The notes under the pieces are model-generated. The model was not told the origin of the DNA. It saw only the letters and a program-made list of their open reading frames with translations, and did not search any database. The position numbers and the translations under genes were made by a program. From Nitrososphaerales archaeon (lineage in GTDB: Archaea; Thermoproteota; Nitrososphaeria; Nitrososphaerales; UBA213), in NCBI GenBank assembly GCA_046759645.1, contig JBHICO010000001.1, positions 5,109 to 69,108 on the forward strand: a stretch of 64,000 nt of DNA, read 5' to 3'. Below, piece after piece: positions 10,325-20,408 of this stretch; positions within the stretch are counted from its first letter, which is position 1; the number at the start of each line of letters is the position of its first letter.

Positions 10325-10430
10325 TATTTTATTCTGAACGTTATTGGATCAACTACTCAACGGTGAAGAGGTTTTCTTATACTGTAATTAAATTAACAAA
10401 GATAAATTAGGCATCATTCGTAGATCTCGT

Positions 10431-10817
10431 GTGTCAGACATCAATTCTGGAGAGTTTGCAGACAGGGAATTTGTTACCGCCCTCATCTGCACTGAATTTG
10501 GTTTTAGGGCAAATGTTACTATACCAGAACTTAACACTACCGTTGACTGCTACAGATCTGAGGATAGGACTATTGTAGAAGTGATAGATTCAAACTCCAG
10601 TCTTGAACTACCATACCATGTACTTGACAAGATATGTAAAAAGCATAGCTACAGAATGCTCATAGTAAGAATACTCGCTGTCAGCGGTGCGGCAATATCA
10701 AGAAGCTATCTAGAAGGGTATGGTCTGAAGACTGTGGACTTACCTGTAATCATGAGTGAGGACGTATTGACTGCATATAGAAATTATCTTTCGAATTATC
10801 TAAAATCTGCTGCATAA
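10431..10817 (+). CDS. Hypothetical protein (possible degenerate PD-(D/E)xK nuclease-like fold)
   Basis: 128 aa with a GTG start. GFRANV...VDCYRSEDRTIVEVID is loosely reminiscent of a restriction-endonuclease-like core, but no lysine occupies the ExK position. Confidence 0.4.
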   Translation: MSDINSGEFADREFVTALICTEFGFRANVTIPELNTTVDCYRSEDRTIVEVIDSNSSLELPYHVLDKICKKHSYRMLIVRILAVSGAAISRSYLEGYGLKTVDLPVIMSEDVLTAYRNYLSNYLKSAA

Positions 10818-10818
10818 C

Positions 10819-12339
10819 TTAACCGATCTTCTTAGCCTTTGTCAGATAATCATCCAGATCTACAGATTTAATTCTTACCTGTTCCATGGTGTCCCTCTCT
10901 CTTACTGTGACAGTATCGTCCTCAAGCGTCTGTCTGTCAATGGTGACACCGAACGGTACTCCACTTTCGTCGAGCCTTCTATATCTTCGCCCTATCGAGC
11001 CAGCTTCATCATAAATGGCATTAAAGTTCTTTTTAATACCAGCAAATATCTCAGAAGCCTTCTCTGCAAGACCATCTTTGGTAACTAATGGAAATATCCC
11101 AACCTGCATAGGTGCAAGGTATGGCTTCAATTTTAGAAGAAGCCTATCATTTAGTTTGTCCTCTACAAGTGAATGTTCCAATATGCAATAAAGACTTCTG
11201 TCAATACCCATGGAAAGTTCGAACACATGTGGCAGAACCTTGCCATCAACATCAAGTACCTCCATATTTTGTTTGCTAATCTTTGTATGACCGCCAAGAT
11301 CGTAGTCAGATCTATAATTGCATGCTACAAGTTCCAGCCACCCAATTGAAGTTTCAACCTCAAAGTCGAAGGCTGCGGTAGCATAGAATGCCCTTTCATC
11401 ATCGCCAAGTCTTCTGAACCTCGTTCTCTTCATATCAATACCTGTCTTAGAATAAAAATCACTCAACATTCCAAGGTAGTAAGCGATCAACTTGTTTGGT
11501 AATACAACATTATTAACTGCCTGTTCACATGTTAATTCCTGTACTGATTCCCCATTGTATAACCTTAAGACAGTATTTTTAACTTCCTCAAACCTTTCAA
11601 GGTCGTTCAGCCTTCTCGGGTTACAAAAAACCTCGATCTCTGCTTGATAAAATTCCCTTAGACGCAACAAACTCTGCCTAGGCGCTATTTCGTTCCTGAA
11701 ACTTTTGCCTACCTGGGCTATGCTTAATGGTAACCTGCCTCGCATAACCTTGAATATTCGGGGAAAGTCAACGAAGATCGTCTGGCATGTTTCTGGCCTA
11801 AGATATGCTTCCTCAGCATTGGGACCAATCGATACTTTAAACATCATGTTAAACCTGTTGACCTTTCCCAACTCGCTCTTGCACCTAGTACACTTCAAAC
11901 CATATCTAGTGATCAAGCTGTCTATTTCGGAATCATTCATTTTTTCGGGAACATTCTCCCCTATCTTCTCTGCCACAAACTGGTCTGCTCTGAATATAGA
12001 GCCACACTTTTTGCACTTTACAATTGGATCATTGAAGCTGTTAAGGTGGCCAGAGGCTATGAAGACGTTCTTACTCATGATCTGGGAACCATCGATCTCC
12101 AACATACCGTCCCTTCTTACCAATTCTCGCCTCCACAATTCTACGAACATATTCTTGAAACCAACACCAAGAGGGCCATACTCCCAGAAACCTGCCTGTG
12201 CGTCAGGATAAATTTCGCAGCTGGGAAAGTAAAAACCCCTTTCGAGTGCCAGCTTCATGACGTCATCGTAGTTCATACTTACTGCATGCATGCTGTCCGG
12301 GCTCTTAAATTCATTTGGCGCAAAAGGTCTGTTAGACAT
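10819..12339 (-). CDS. glyS: Glycine--tRNA ligase (archaeal/eukaryotic type)
   Basis: 506 aa with RGFYFPSCEIYPDAQAGFWEYGPLG, FRNEIAPR, and the anticodon-binding end VPFGVTID. Confidence 0.95.
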   Translation of the reverse strand: MSNRPFAPNEFKSPDSMHAVSMNYDDVMKLALERGFYFPSCEIYPDAQAGFWEYGPLGVGFKNMFVELWRRELVRRDGMLEIDGSQIMSKNVFIASGHLNSFNDPIVKCKKCGSIFRADQFVAEKIGENVPEKMNDSEIDSLITRYGLKCTRCKSELGKVNRFNMMFKVSIGPNAEEAYLRPETCQTIFVDFPRIFKVMRGRLPLSIAQVGKSFRNEIAPRQSLLRLREFYQAEIEVFCNPRRLNDLERFEEVKNTVLRLYNGESVQELTCEQAVNNVVLPNKLIAYYLGMLSDFYSKTGIDMKRTRFRRLGDDERAFYATAAFDFEVETSIGWLELVACNYRSDYDLGGHTKISKQNMEVLDVDGKVLPHVFELSMGIDRSLYCILEHSLVEDKLNDRLLLKLKPYLAPMQVGIFPLVTKDGLAEKASEIFAGIKKNFNAIYDEAGSIGRRYRRLDESGVPFGVTIDRQTLEDDTVTVRERDTMEQVRIKSVDLDDYLTKAKKIG

Positions 12340-12483
12340 GGTTCAATGTGTACTTATTGCAATAAATGTAACACAGCAATCAATAATTGGATCGTTTCCC
12401 ACAACTCTAATAACGATTTTCATTAAACATTCCAATAGTTAAATTTATTAATATAGCGAACCGAGAAACTCTCGCAAAAGATA

Positions 12484-13923
12484 ATGGGAGCTTTAGATGT
12501 TGAGGAAAGAAAGAAGTTCCTCGCGTTTGTCAAAAAAGAGGCAATTGACCTCCCTGATTATGAAGTTGTGGATGTTAAAGAGCCCAAGCTCTACAAGGAC
12601 ATGTTCCAGTTCGGTGGTGCTCCCAAAGCAGTATTCGATGGTGTTCTAGTAAACACAAACATCCCGAATAAACTATGGCTATCTGACACTACGTTCAGAG
12701 ACGGTCAACAATCAAGGGAGCCCTATTCGGTTGATCAGATAACAAATTTATTCAAATTGTTGCATGATCTTGGTGGAAAGAACGGCAAGGTAAACTATAC
12801 CGAATTCTTTCCGTATACAAAGAAGGATAGGGAAGCAATAGAGAGGTGTAGAGATTTTGGTTATGAATTTCCGAGAATAACAGGATGGATAAGGGCTTCT
12901 AAAGCAGACCTACAGTTTATCAAAGAATTGAAGTTGGAGGAAACCGGTATACTTGCATCTATAAGCGATTACCATATCTTCTACAAGTTCAAGGGAAAGA
13001 GCAGATCACAGGTGGTACAAAATTACCTAGATGTTACCGAAGAAGCGCTGAAGAGTGGCATCGCTGTTAGATTGCATATAGAAGATGTGACTAGAGCTGA
13101 TATCTTTGGAACCGTAGTTCCACTTGTAAAGAAAGCGATGAATCTTGCTGAAAAGTATGGTTTACCTGTAAAGATTAGATGTCCGGATACATTGGGAGTT
13201 GGTTTGCCATGGTCAGAAGCTTCTCTGCCAAGGGGAATTCCCAAACTTTTCTGGTTGTTGAACAAGGCACTAGGGGTACCATCTGAATGGCTTGAATTTC
13301 ATGGTCAGAACGATTTCCACCTTGGTGTATCAAACGCAACGTCTGCGTGGCTTTACGGAGCTTCGCTAAACAACTGCACATTGTTGGGCATAGGAGAAAG
13401 AGCTGGCAACATTCCCTTGGAGGCTATGATCTTCGTATATTCAATGATCAAAGGGTCCTTTGACGGCATAAATACGAGGATGTTGCGATATATCACAGAT
13501 TACTACGAGAGGGAATTGAATTACAAACTACCATACTATTACCCCATAATAGGAAAGAACTTTAACGTAACAAGAGCCGGCATACATGCGGATGGGTTAC
13601 TGAAGAATCCTGAAATGTATTTGCCGTTTGATACTGAAGAATTGCTAGATATGCCTCCAAGGGTTATGGTATCAGAACATTCAGGGCTTGCGGGAATAGC
13701 CTTCTGGATAAACTCCTTCTTCAGACTAAAAGGTGGTGAAAAGATAAGCAAGGACGATCCAGCTCTTAAACACATACAGGAGGAAGTTATCAAACAGTAT
13801 CAGGAGGGAAGGATTACTGCTATGCTTGACGAGGAAGTTGCAACACTGGTCAAAAGGTACCTGCCGGAAATTTGGGAGAGGTACAGGGATAGGGTTACCG
13901 ACAATTCAGTTCTAGGAAGCTAG
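12484..13923 (+). CDS. HMGL-like aldolase-type TIM-barrel synthase (2-isopropylmalate/homocitrate/Re-citrate synthase family)
   Basis: LSDTTFRDGQQS metal/substrate motif, HGQNDFHLGVSNA and GIGERAGN. It lacks a LeuA-type C-terminal regulatory domain. Confidence 0.75.
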   Translation: MGALDVEERKKFLAFVKKEAIDLPDYEVVDVKEPKLYKDMFQFGGAPKAVFDGVLVNTNIPNKLWLSDTTFRDGQQSREPYSVDQITNLFKLLHDLGGKNGKVNYTEFFPYTKKDREAIERCRDFGYEFPRITGWIRASKADLQFIKELKLEETGILASISDYHIFYKFKGKSRSQVVQNYLDVTEEALKSGIAVRLHIEDVTRADIFGTVVPLVKKAMNLAEKYGLPVKIRCPDTLGVGLPWSEASLPRGIPKLFWLLNKALGVPSEWLEFHGQNDFHLGVSNATSAWLYGASLNNCTLLGIGERAGNIPLEAMIFVYSMIKGSFDGINTRMLRYITDYYERELNYKLPYYYPIIGKNFNVTRAGIHADGLLKNPEMYLPFDTEELLDMPPRVMVSEHSGLAGIAFWINSFFRLKGGEKISKDDPALKHIQEEVIKQYQEGRITAMLDEEVATLVKRYLPEIWERYRDRVTDNSVLGS

Positions 13924-14757
13924 TTCTCTTACTTTCTCTAAATTACCTTTATCATCTCTTCTGTCATCTATAGGTGTTTCAAGTATCAACAAACGCCTTT
14001 TTACTTCGTTATTTGTCAATATAGCCTTGAACCCTTTATTGCCAATGTAACCCATACCAATATGTTCATGTCTATCAGCATTGCAATTGATATCACCCTT
14101 AGAATCGTTAAGATGAACTATACGTAATTCCTTCATTCCAATTTTTTTATCAAATGCAGCAATGACATCGTCAACCACATCCTTCCCTCTCAAATCATAA
14201 CCTGCGGCAAAAGCATGACATGTGTCTAGGCAGACTCCGAACCTTTTTCTATGTTCCAATTGCTCCAGGATTTTTTCCATTTCTTCAAACCTTGAACCTA
14301 CACTATTTTTCGTTCCCGCTGTGTTTTCAAGTAAAATGGTAACATCATTCTTCACTTTTTTAACTGCTGTATTGCATGCATAAACAAGATTTCTTATTCC
14401 GACTTCTGCCCCTGCACCTAAATGACTTCCTAGATGAATCACTAGGTATGGCACACCTAGCACCCCACACCTTTTAACCTCATTTATTAGCGTATTCAGC
14501 GATTTTTTGTATAGATCTTTCTCAGGAGACGACAGATTTGGGAGGTAAGGCATATGAGCACATACAGAATTCTGATCAATCTTGCTCGCAGCAAGCTTCT
14601 TCTTGAAGCCTTCAACATCTCCCTTTACCAGATCCTTGGCTATCCATCCTCTAGGATTTCTCGTAAAGATTTGAAATGCGGTGCAATTCATCACACTAGC
14701 ATTGTCAACCGCCCTATCAATCGATCCTGATATTGATACATGAAGACCAACTTTCAT
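13912..14757 (-). CDS. nfo: Endonuclease IV (AP endonuclease, Nfo family)
   Basis: MKVGLHVSISGS, FQIFTRNPRGW, HLGSHLG, DTCHAFAAGYD, HLNDSK and DRHEHIG. Start set at the internal ATG 14757. Confidence 0.9.
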   Translation of the reverse strand: MKVGLHVSISGSIDRAVDNASVMNCTAFQIFTRNPRGWIAKDLVKGDVEGFKKKLAASKIDQNSVCAHMPYLPNLSSPEKDLYKKSLNTLINEVKRCGVLGVPYLVIHLGSHLGAGAEVGIRNLVYACNTAVKKVKNDVTILLENTAGTKNSVGSRFEEMEKILEQLEHRKRFGVCLDTCHAFAAGYDLRGKDVVDDVIAAFDKKIGMKELRIVHLNDSKGDINCNADRHEHIGMGYIGNKGFKAILTNNEVKRRLLILETPIDDRRDDKGNLEKVRELAS

Positions 14758-14833
14758 GCTATAAACTGAAACAAAGAGCAATTTAACCCTAGCCAAGCAA
14801 ACTTTTATTGCAGTTTATGTAATCTTCCCATAT

Positions 14834-15871
14834 TTGAGCAATATACAATTCGGCAAGGGCGATCTGGCAAAATATCCATTTCTGACGGAGGCAGGTGAGT
14901 ACCTCAAAGATCTAGATTATAGCCTCGATGAGTTTGACGAGCCGTCTAAGAAACGTATTATTGAACGTGCATACGAGCGTATTCTTTATGCTATTGATGG
15001 TAACGTATTCAAGAAGTTGGATGATCTGGATACTGAGGTTGTTTCTTTCCTTATCGCATTAATAATGGTTCATGCAGTTGGTATTAGGAGTGTGAGCAGG
15101 AAATACTCTCTTGGTGAAGCCAGAAGGATTGAGATGTTTCTAGAACGGGATCTAAAGTATGAAAGCGACGAACGTATGCGATCAATTCTTGCAAGAATTT
15201 TCAAAGATCTCTTTTCAATAGATATTGTACAGGAAGATGGAAAGTTCAAGGTTAGGGTCTCGGATTATCTAAAACGTGCCGCATATTTCCATGATGAACA
15301 CTGGAAGTTGGTAAACAGGGTAGTTAACAGTGGTTACGTATATCTCGATTCTGGTGAGACGGTTAGGCTCATACGCGATGAGCTTAGCCTATATATTTAC
15401 AACAAAATAAACAAGATGGAACTTAGACAGTTGCCAGAATCTATAAAAAACAGGGTAGATAAGTTGAGAGGCAAAGTTGTAAAGCTTAAAGAATTCAGAA
15501 GATATTTTGTCACCACGAAATATCCTCCATGCGTACAGCATATATTGACCTTGCTTTCCAGAGGCGAAAACCCTCCACACTCAGCAAGATTCCTACTTGG
15601 AACATACATGCTATCTGTAGGCAAGTCTGTAGATGAAGTTTGCACATTCTTTGAAACTGCACCAGACTATAACGAACGTGTCACCCGGTACCAAGTGGAG
15701 CATTTGGCTGGGCAAAGGGGTAGTGGAACGAAATACACGTGTCCATCTTGTGAGAAGGTTACCAGTGACAACAACTGCTACAGAACTGAAGAATGCAATG
15801 GAATAATAAATCCGGTACAGTTTGGCAGGAAAAGGGTTAGAAATGAAGGAACAAAACCTCGATCTGGTTAA
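14834..15871 (+). CDS. priL: DNA primase large subunit PriL
   Basis: YPPCVQHIL, ENPPHSARFLLGTYML and YTCPSCEKV (Fe-S cluster cysteines). TTG start. Confidence 0.9.
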   Translation: MSNIQFGKGDLAKYPFLTEAGEYLKDLDYSLDEFDEPSKKRIIERAYERILYAIDGNVFKKLDDLDTEVVSFLIALIMVHAVGIRSVSRKYSLGEARRIEMFLERDLKYESDERMRSILARIFKDLFSIDIVQEDGKFKVRVSDYLKRAAYFHDEHWKLVNRVVNSGYVYLDSGETVRLIRDELSLYIYNKINKMELRQLPESIKNRVDKLRGKVVKLKEFRRYFVTTKYPPCVQHILTLLSRGENPPHSARFLLGTYMLSVGKSVDEVCTFFETAPDYNERVTRYQVEHLAGQRGSGTKYTCPSCEKVTSDNNCYRTEECNGIINPVQFGRKRVRNEGTKPRSG

Positions 15872-16979
15872 ACAGTCATTTAAAGAGTTTTATTTCAAAC
15901 ATGCTGACTATGTTGAAACTCCATCTCGCATCGAAGAGAGAGAATTTGGCTATATGCAGTTCAACGGAGGGATGATTAGACATTTGTCATTCAAGGATAA
16001 AGAGGAGCTGCGTGCGGAGTTGCTCAAACATATTCCATCGGATGTATATAGCTCGTGTGCTTATTACGTAAACCCAACAGCTCCAATGCAGGAGAAGATA
16101 TTCAAAGGTGCCGATTTGATATTTGACATAGATGCAGATGAGCTTGGATTAACATGCTTGAAGCAACATGAAGCATGGATATGCAACGATTGTAGGAATG
16201 TGATGGGAACGAAGCAGAACTGCAATAGATGTAACAGCATGAAAATTGAAAAAACATCGTTGGCATGCGATAACTGCATTGATGCAGGTAAGGAGGAAAC
16301 AAAGAAATTAATAAAATTACTACAAGAAGATCTGGGCATATCGGAAAATGAAATTAAAATATATTTTTCAGGCAACCATGGCTTTCATCTGCATATATAC
16401 AATAAGGAATTCGAGCTTTTGGACTCTCCCAGCAGGATGGATATAGCTAATTACGTGATAGGCAATAATATCCTGCCGGAATCCTTTGGAGTAAGGAAAA
16501 ACGCACAATCCTCAGAGGACGTTACATCAAAATTCCCCAATATGGATGATTTTGGGTGGCGTGGAAGGATATGCAGGAAACTCATGAAGAAGGATCAGGC
16601 AAAATCGAGAGTAGTGCGGAAAATACTGAAAAATGGGTACTTACAGTTCAAGACTGAAATAAATGACATCGCAAGGGAGATTGGTGCGCATATAGATCCT
16701 AAGGTGACTATGGATATTCATAGGGTGTTCAGAATGCATGGAACCCTTAACGGCAAAAGTGGGCTTACAAAAGCGCCATGCAGCGATATAGATAGCTTCG
16801 ATCCCTTTACTAGTGCATGCATGCTTGCCGATGATGAGGTTAGTGTTCGTGTAAGATATTCACCAAAATTCAGTTTGAATGAAAATTTCTTTGGTCCATT
16901 CAAAGATCAAGAGGCCAAATTGCCAAGATATGCAGCAGTATATCTCATATGCAAGGGCTTAGCTGACGTATCATTGTAA
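15843..16979 (+). CDS. priS: DNA primase small (catalytic) subunit PriS
   Basis: DLIFDIDADE catalytic acidic motif, FSGNHGFHLHI, and the Zn-knuckle CNDCRNV...CNRCNS. ATG at 15843 overlaps the priL end by 29 nt. Confidence 0.9.
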   Translation: MKEQNLDLVKQSFKEFYFKHADYVETPSRIEEREFGYMQFNGGMIRHLSFKDKEELRAELLKHIPSDVYSSCAYYVNPTAPMQEKIFKGADLIFDIDADELGLTCLKQHEAWICNDCRNVMGTKQNCNRCNSMKIEKTSLACDNCIDAGKEETKKLIKLLQEDLGISENEIKIYFSGNHGFHLHIYNKEFELLDSPSRMDIANYVIGNNILPESFGVRKNAQSSEDVTSKFPNMDDFGWRGRICRKLMKKDQAKSRVVRKILKNGYLQFKTEINDIAREIGAHIDPKVTMDIHRVFRMHGTLNGKSGLTKAPCSDIDSFDPFTSACMLADDEVSVRVRYSPKFSLNENFFGPFKDQEAKLPRYAAVYLICKGLADVSL

Positions 16980-17015
16980 AAATATTAATTGAAGATCATT
17001 TCACTATGATTTACA

Positions 17016-19853
17016 TTGTGGGACTCCTCTGCAGAAGATAAACCAAAACAAGATGTTGGTAAATACATTAGGCTTGGACTGCTTGCACTAATAGGCGTAG
17101 TCATATTTGGTATAGTTAGTAACCAATCAATCAACATTCTGATGAATATTGACGAATTTAGCGATTTGTTCACTAAGCCGATTTACTACGCAGTCTTCTC
17201 TGGGCTTCTATTATCTACTATTGCTCTTATCAGGGTCGATATCAGAAGGCGAGAATCCATGGTGTGGTGGGTTTTTGCAATGGGACTCTCTTTCTTAAAA
17301 CGTGAAGCTTTTGAATCAACACAGACACCGGTGAAGTATCGTGAATTTAAACTTAGCAAGACCAACTTTGCTGTATGGCAAATAACAAAAGTTCTGCTGC
17401 TTGCTCCTTTGTTTACTAATTTATTGTTTGGAATGGCTGCGCTCTATGTGATTGATGGCAACGACCTTGGGATTGGAACACTATCAAACATTTTCTACCT
17501 CCCATTCATTACATCTCCAGATCCTACTATTGCGCAGCAACTTGTACTACCCATGATCCCGTCTCTTACATTGCTAATACCTCCTTTATTGGGAGCAATT
17601 GGCATAAGGCTGATGCTCTACGTTGGCATACGCAACCTCGCACATATAGCATCAAGTTATGTTGTAGACGCTTCTGAAGGAAGACCAAGGTTCCTAGTCT
17701 ACATATCAATAATTGAGCTGATAATAGGTGCTGGGTTATTCTGGACATCTTTTAACATGTTCTTCAACTACAACATCGATTACAATACAAAGTATGCTAT
17801 AGTTGGCGCAGCTCTGCTTGGTGCTGCGTTCATAGCATGGTCATTAATAGATCGGAGGAGATCGAGGGTCATAATATTACCCTCAAAGAGAAACGTGTAC
17901 ATACGATTGTTGACTATAGTATCGATCGCATTAGTGGTAGGGTCTATAATGGCAGTCAACAACAGCATAGCAGATGCGAGAAAGATTGAGTATCTTGGTC
18001 CTTACACTGCACAGGAGATCGCGGTTAACAGGTATTTTGCAGAACTAGACAAAATACAAGAGATCAACTATGATGTAAGACTATTTGCTACGCAGCAAGG
18101 AAGCATACGGAATATCGTAGAAAGTAACGAAGATGTTCTGACAAAGATACGGTTATGGGACTGGAGTGCAGCTTTTACAAAGCTTAAACCAGAGATAGGT
18201 TTGATACCATACGTTGACTTTCAGGATTCTGATATAATACGGTTCAACAATACACTATACTGGAGTGCGGCAATGAAACCAATTCTGCCATCCAGTGTTA
18301 CGGCAGAGAACAGGTGGTATGCACAGCACTTGGTGTATACACATGTGCCAAATGGTTTCCTAATGCTTAATGCCCATGAGGGTGATATAGCTAATAGTGA
18401 TTCATTCTTTCAACAACGCCGGATCTACTATGGAGAAGGAGGATTGATAGATGAGGTATGGTCGGCATTTCCTGCGGATAGAACCGTCAGTGACGAGTTG
18501 GGAGAGTTCTTCTATGATGGAAATGGGGGTATAACGGTAGCACCTCCAGTAAGCTGGATCTTCGAACCCAACTTCTTGCTTTCATATCCTGATAGGGCTA
18601 TACATGTTATGAGGTTCAAGGACATACACGATAGAATGTCATTACTTTACCCATACTTTGAATATCAGTTTGGCAACAGGAATGTAGATGTCTTGCCTGT
18701 AACAGACGGTTCAAACACATATTGGCTTATGCCCATGCTAGTAAAATTGGATACATCGAATGTTCCGTGGAGCTCGAATAATCCTATGTATAGGCTAGTA
18801 GGTTATGCTATGATCGACACGTTTGACGGTGCACCTACTGTTATGATCAAAGGCGATGACTTTTTTACAAATATGTTCGTTGATTCATATCAAGAGCATG
18901 TAACGACAGAGATTCCAGTTTGGCTTCATGGTCAACTGAGATTTCCTGAAGAGTACTTCTGGTGGAAGGTTAGTATGTACAACTTTTACCATGTTACAGA
19001 TGTGTCTACCTTCATAGGTGCTAGAGAGTTCTTCGAGATCCCTGTCGAACTTTCGACGTACTACATATTTGCCAAGCCTCCTGGCTTTGATAAAACTGAG
19101 TATCTAGGTTTGTTATCTTTGGAACTAAGGGGAGCGGCAGGCAGGAACCTTGCGGGTTACATGGTAGTAAAGAATGATTATCCGCATGATGGTGAGATGA
19201 TATTTTACGAAGTACCCTTGGAATCTGAAACAAAGTTACTGGGTCCAACAGCCGTAAGGGAAGCGCTTGATAGAGATCCAGATTTTGCTCAGTTGAAGAC
19301 GTTACTGAGAAATCCTAGAATTGGTGATAACATAATCTATAGGATAGGAAACAATGACGTCTACTTCATGCCAGTGTACACTGCTGGTGCAGGTGGGGTT
19401 GTTACGCAATTGGGTACAGTAGCTGCTGTAGGTGCCGCCTTCACAGGTGAATACTACGTGGGGCTAGGACAAAATGTTGAGGAGGCGTTTAGGGCGTACT
19501 TGGCAAAACTTGCTGGCGTTACCACACCAGGCACAGTTCCAATAGAGATACTTGATAGGGATACAAAGATAACTAACTTACTGAATCTATTCGAAGAGAA
19601 GAAGCTTTCCATTGTAAAACCCACGACGATATCTGTGCCTTTAACATTCCAGGAGCAGCAGGTAACGTATGACATCAACGATGACTTTGCTAATGTGGAA
19701 CAGACGATAAACCTATTCGTCGATAAATGGCTTGGCGTAGATGCAAAACGTGTGCTGATGTGGGATGATGGCGAGAACGTTAACTTTGGTATTGCAACCA
19801 TTTTAGATGGTATCACCGAAGTGCATTACATTACTGTTGAGGTAGGCCAATAG
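17016..19853 (+). CDS. UPF0182 family large membrane protein
   Basis: 945 aa. The N-terminal ~300 aa are multi-TM and are followed by a large soluble region. The IRLWDW block and overall architecture match UPF0182/COG1615 as I recall it. Confidence 0.7.
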   Translation: MWDSSAEDKPKQDVGKYIRLGLLALIGVVIFGIVSNQSINILMNIDEFSDLFTKPIYYAVFSGLLLSTIALIRVDIRRRESMVWWVFAMGLSFLKREAFESTQTPVKYREFKLSKTNFAVWQITKVLLLAPLFTNLLFGMAALYVIDGNDLGIGTLSNIFYLPFITSPDPTIAQQLVLPMIPSLTLLIPPLLGAIGIRLMLYVGIRNLAHIASSYVVDASEGRPRFLVYISIIELIIGAGLFWTSFNMFFNYNIDYNTKYAIVGAALLGAAFIAWSLIDRRRSRVIILPSKRNVYIRLLTIVSIALVVGSIMAVNNSIADARKIEYLGPYTAQEIAVNRYFAELDKIQEINYDVRLFATQQGSIRNIVESNEDVLTKIRLWDWSAAFTKLKPEIGLIPYVDFQDSDIIRFNNTLYWSAAMKPILPSSVTAENRWYAQHLVYTHVPNGFLMLNAHEGDIANSDSFFQQRRIYYGEGGLIDEVWSAFPADRTVSDELGEFFYDGNGGITVAPPVSWIFEPNFLLSYPDRAIHVMRFKDIHDRMSLLYPYFEYQFGNRNVDVLPVTDGSNTYWLMPMLVKLDTSNVPWSSNNPMYRLVGYAMIDTFDGAPTVMIKGDDFFTNMFVDSYQEHVTTEIPVWLHGQLRFPEEYFWWKVSMYNFYHVTDVSTFIGAREFFEIPVELSTYYIFAKPPGFDKTEYLGLLSLELRGAAGRNLAGYMVVKNDYPHDGEMIFYEVPLESETKLLGPTAVREALDRDPDFAQLKTLLRNPRIGDNIIYRIGNNDVYFMPVYTAGAGGVVTQLGTVAAVGAAFTGEYYVGLGQNVEEAFRAYLAKLAGVTTPGTVPIEILDRDTKITNLLNLFEEKKLSIVKPTTISVPLTFQEQQVTYDINDDFANVEQTINLFVDKWLGVDAKRVLMWDDGENVNFGIATILDGITEVHYITVEVGQ

Positions 19854-20408
19854 ATGCTCTTATTGGTCGACAATGTTTCTTCATTCCTTAATGATTTGAA
19901 AGAATGCCTGAACAAACTCGATATGAAGTACGTAGTAAGAAAATATGATGAACTTAATGATCACCAAGTAAGCAACTATGACGGAATTATCCTCTCTGGA
20001 AGGAATAGCAGTGTAAAACCAATGAATGTTTCGAACATGCATATTGTTAAATCTGCACAAAAGGACAATAAACCGTTGCTAGGAATATGCTATGGCGCAG
20101 AAATCACAATACTAGCATTCAATGGCTCGTTAAAACGATTGGATAATAGAATAGTAGGAGGTAATGACATAACTGTGAAGAAGGAGAACCCACTTACAAA
20201 TAGAAAGCTGTTAAACGTATTTGAAAGCCATGGTTACTATATTGCAACTTTGCCAAAAGAATTTACAAGTGTAGCTGAGTCAAAAAGCTGCAAGTACGAA
20301 ATGATAACACATCAAAGAAAACATATCTTCGGAACACAGTTCCATCCAGAAGTGAGTAGAGATGGTATGGACATTCTACGCAACTTTATTCAACTAACTA
20401 AGAGGTAA
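19854..20408 (+). CDS. Class I glutamine amidotransferase-like protein
   Basis: LLGICYGAE (nucleophile Cys elbow) and GTQFHPE (His/Glu of the triad). The ATG directly abuts the UPF0182 TAG stop. Confidence 0.8.
   Translation: MLLLVDNVSSFLNDLKECLNKLDMKYVVRKYDELNDHQVSNYDGIILSGRNSSVKPMNVSNMHIVKSAQKDNKPLLGICYGAEITILAFNGSLKRLDNRIVGGNDITVKKENPLTNRKLLNVFESHGYYIATLPKEFTSVAESKSCKYEMITHQRKHIFGTQFHPEVSRDGMDILRNFIQLTKR

Noticed and set aside
11705-12426. Plus-strand ORFs of 168 aa and 126 aa
   Set aside because: They are antisense to glyS, whose identity is unambiguous. Long antisense ORFs of this kind are expected by chance.
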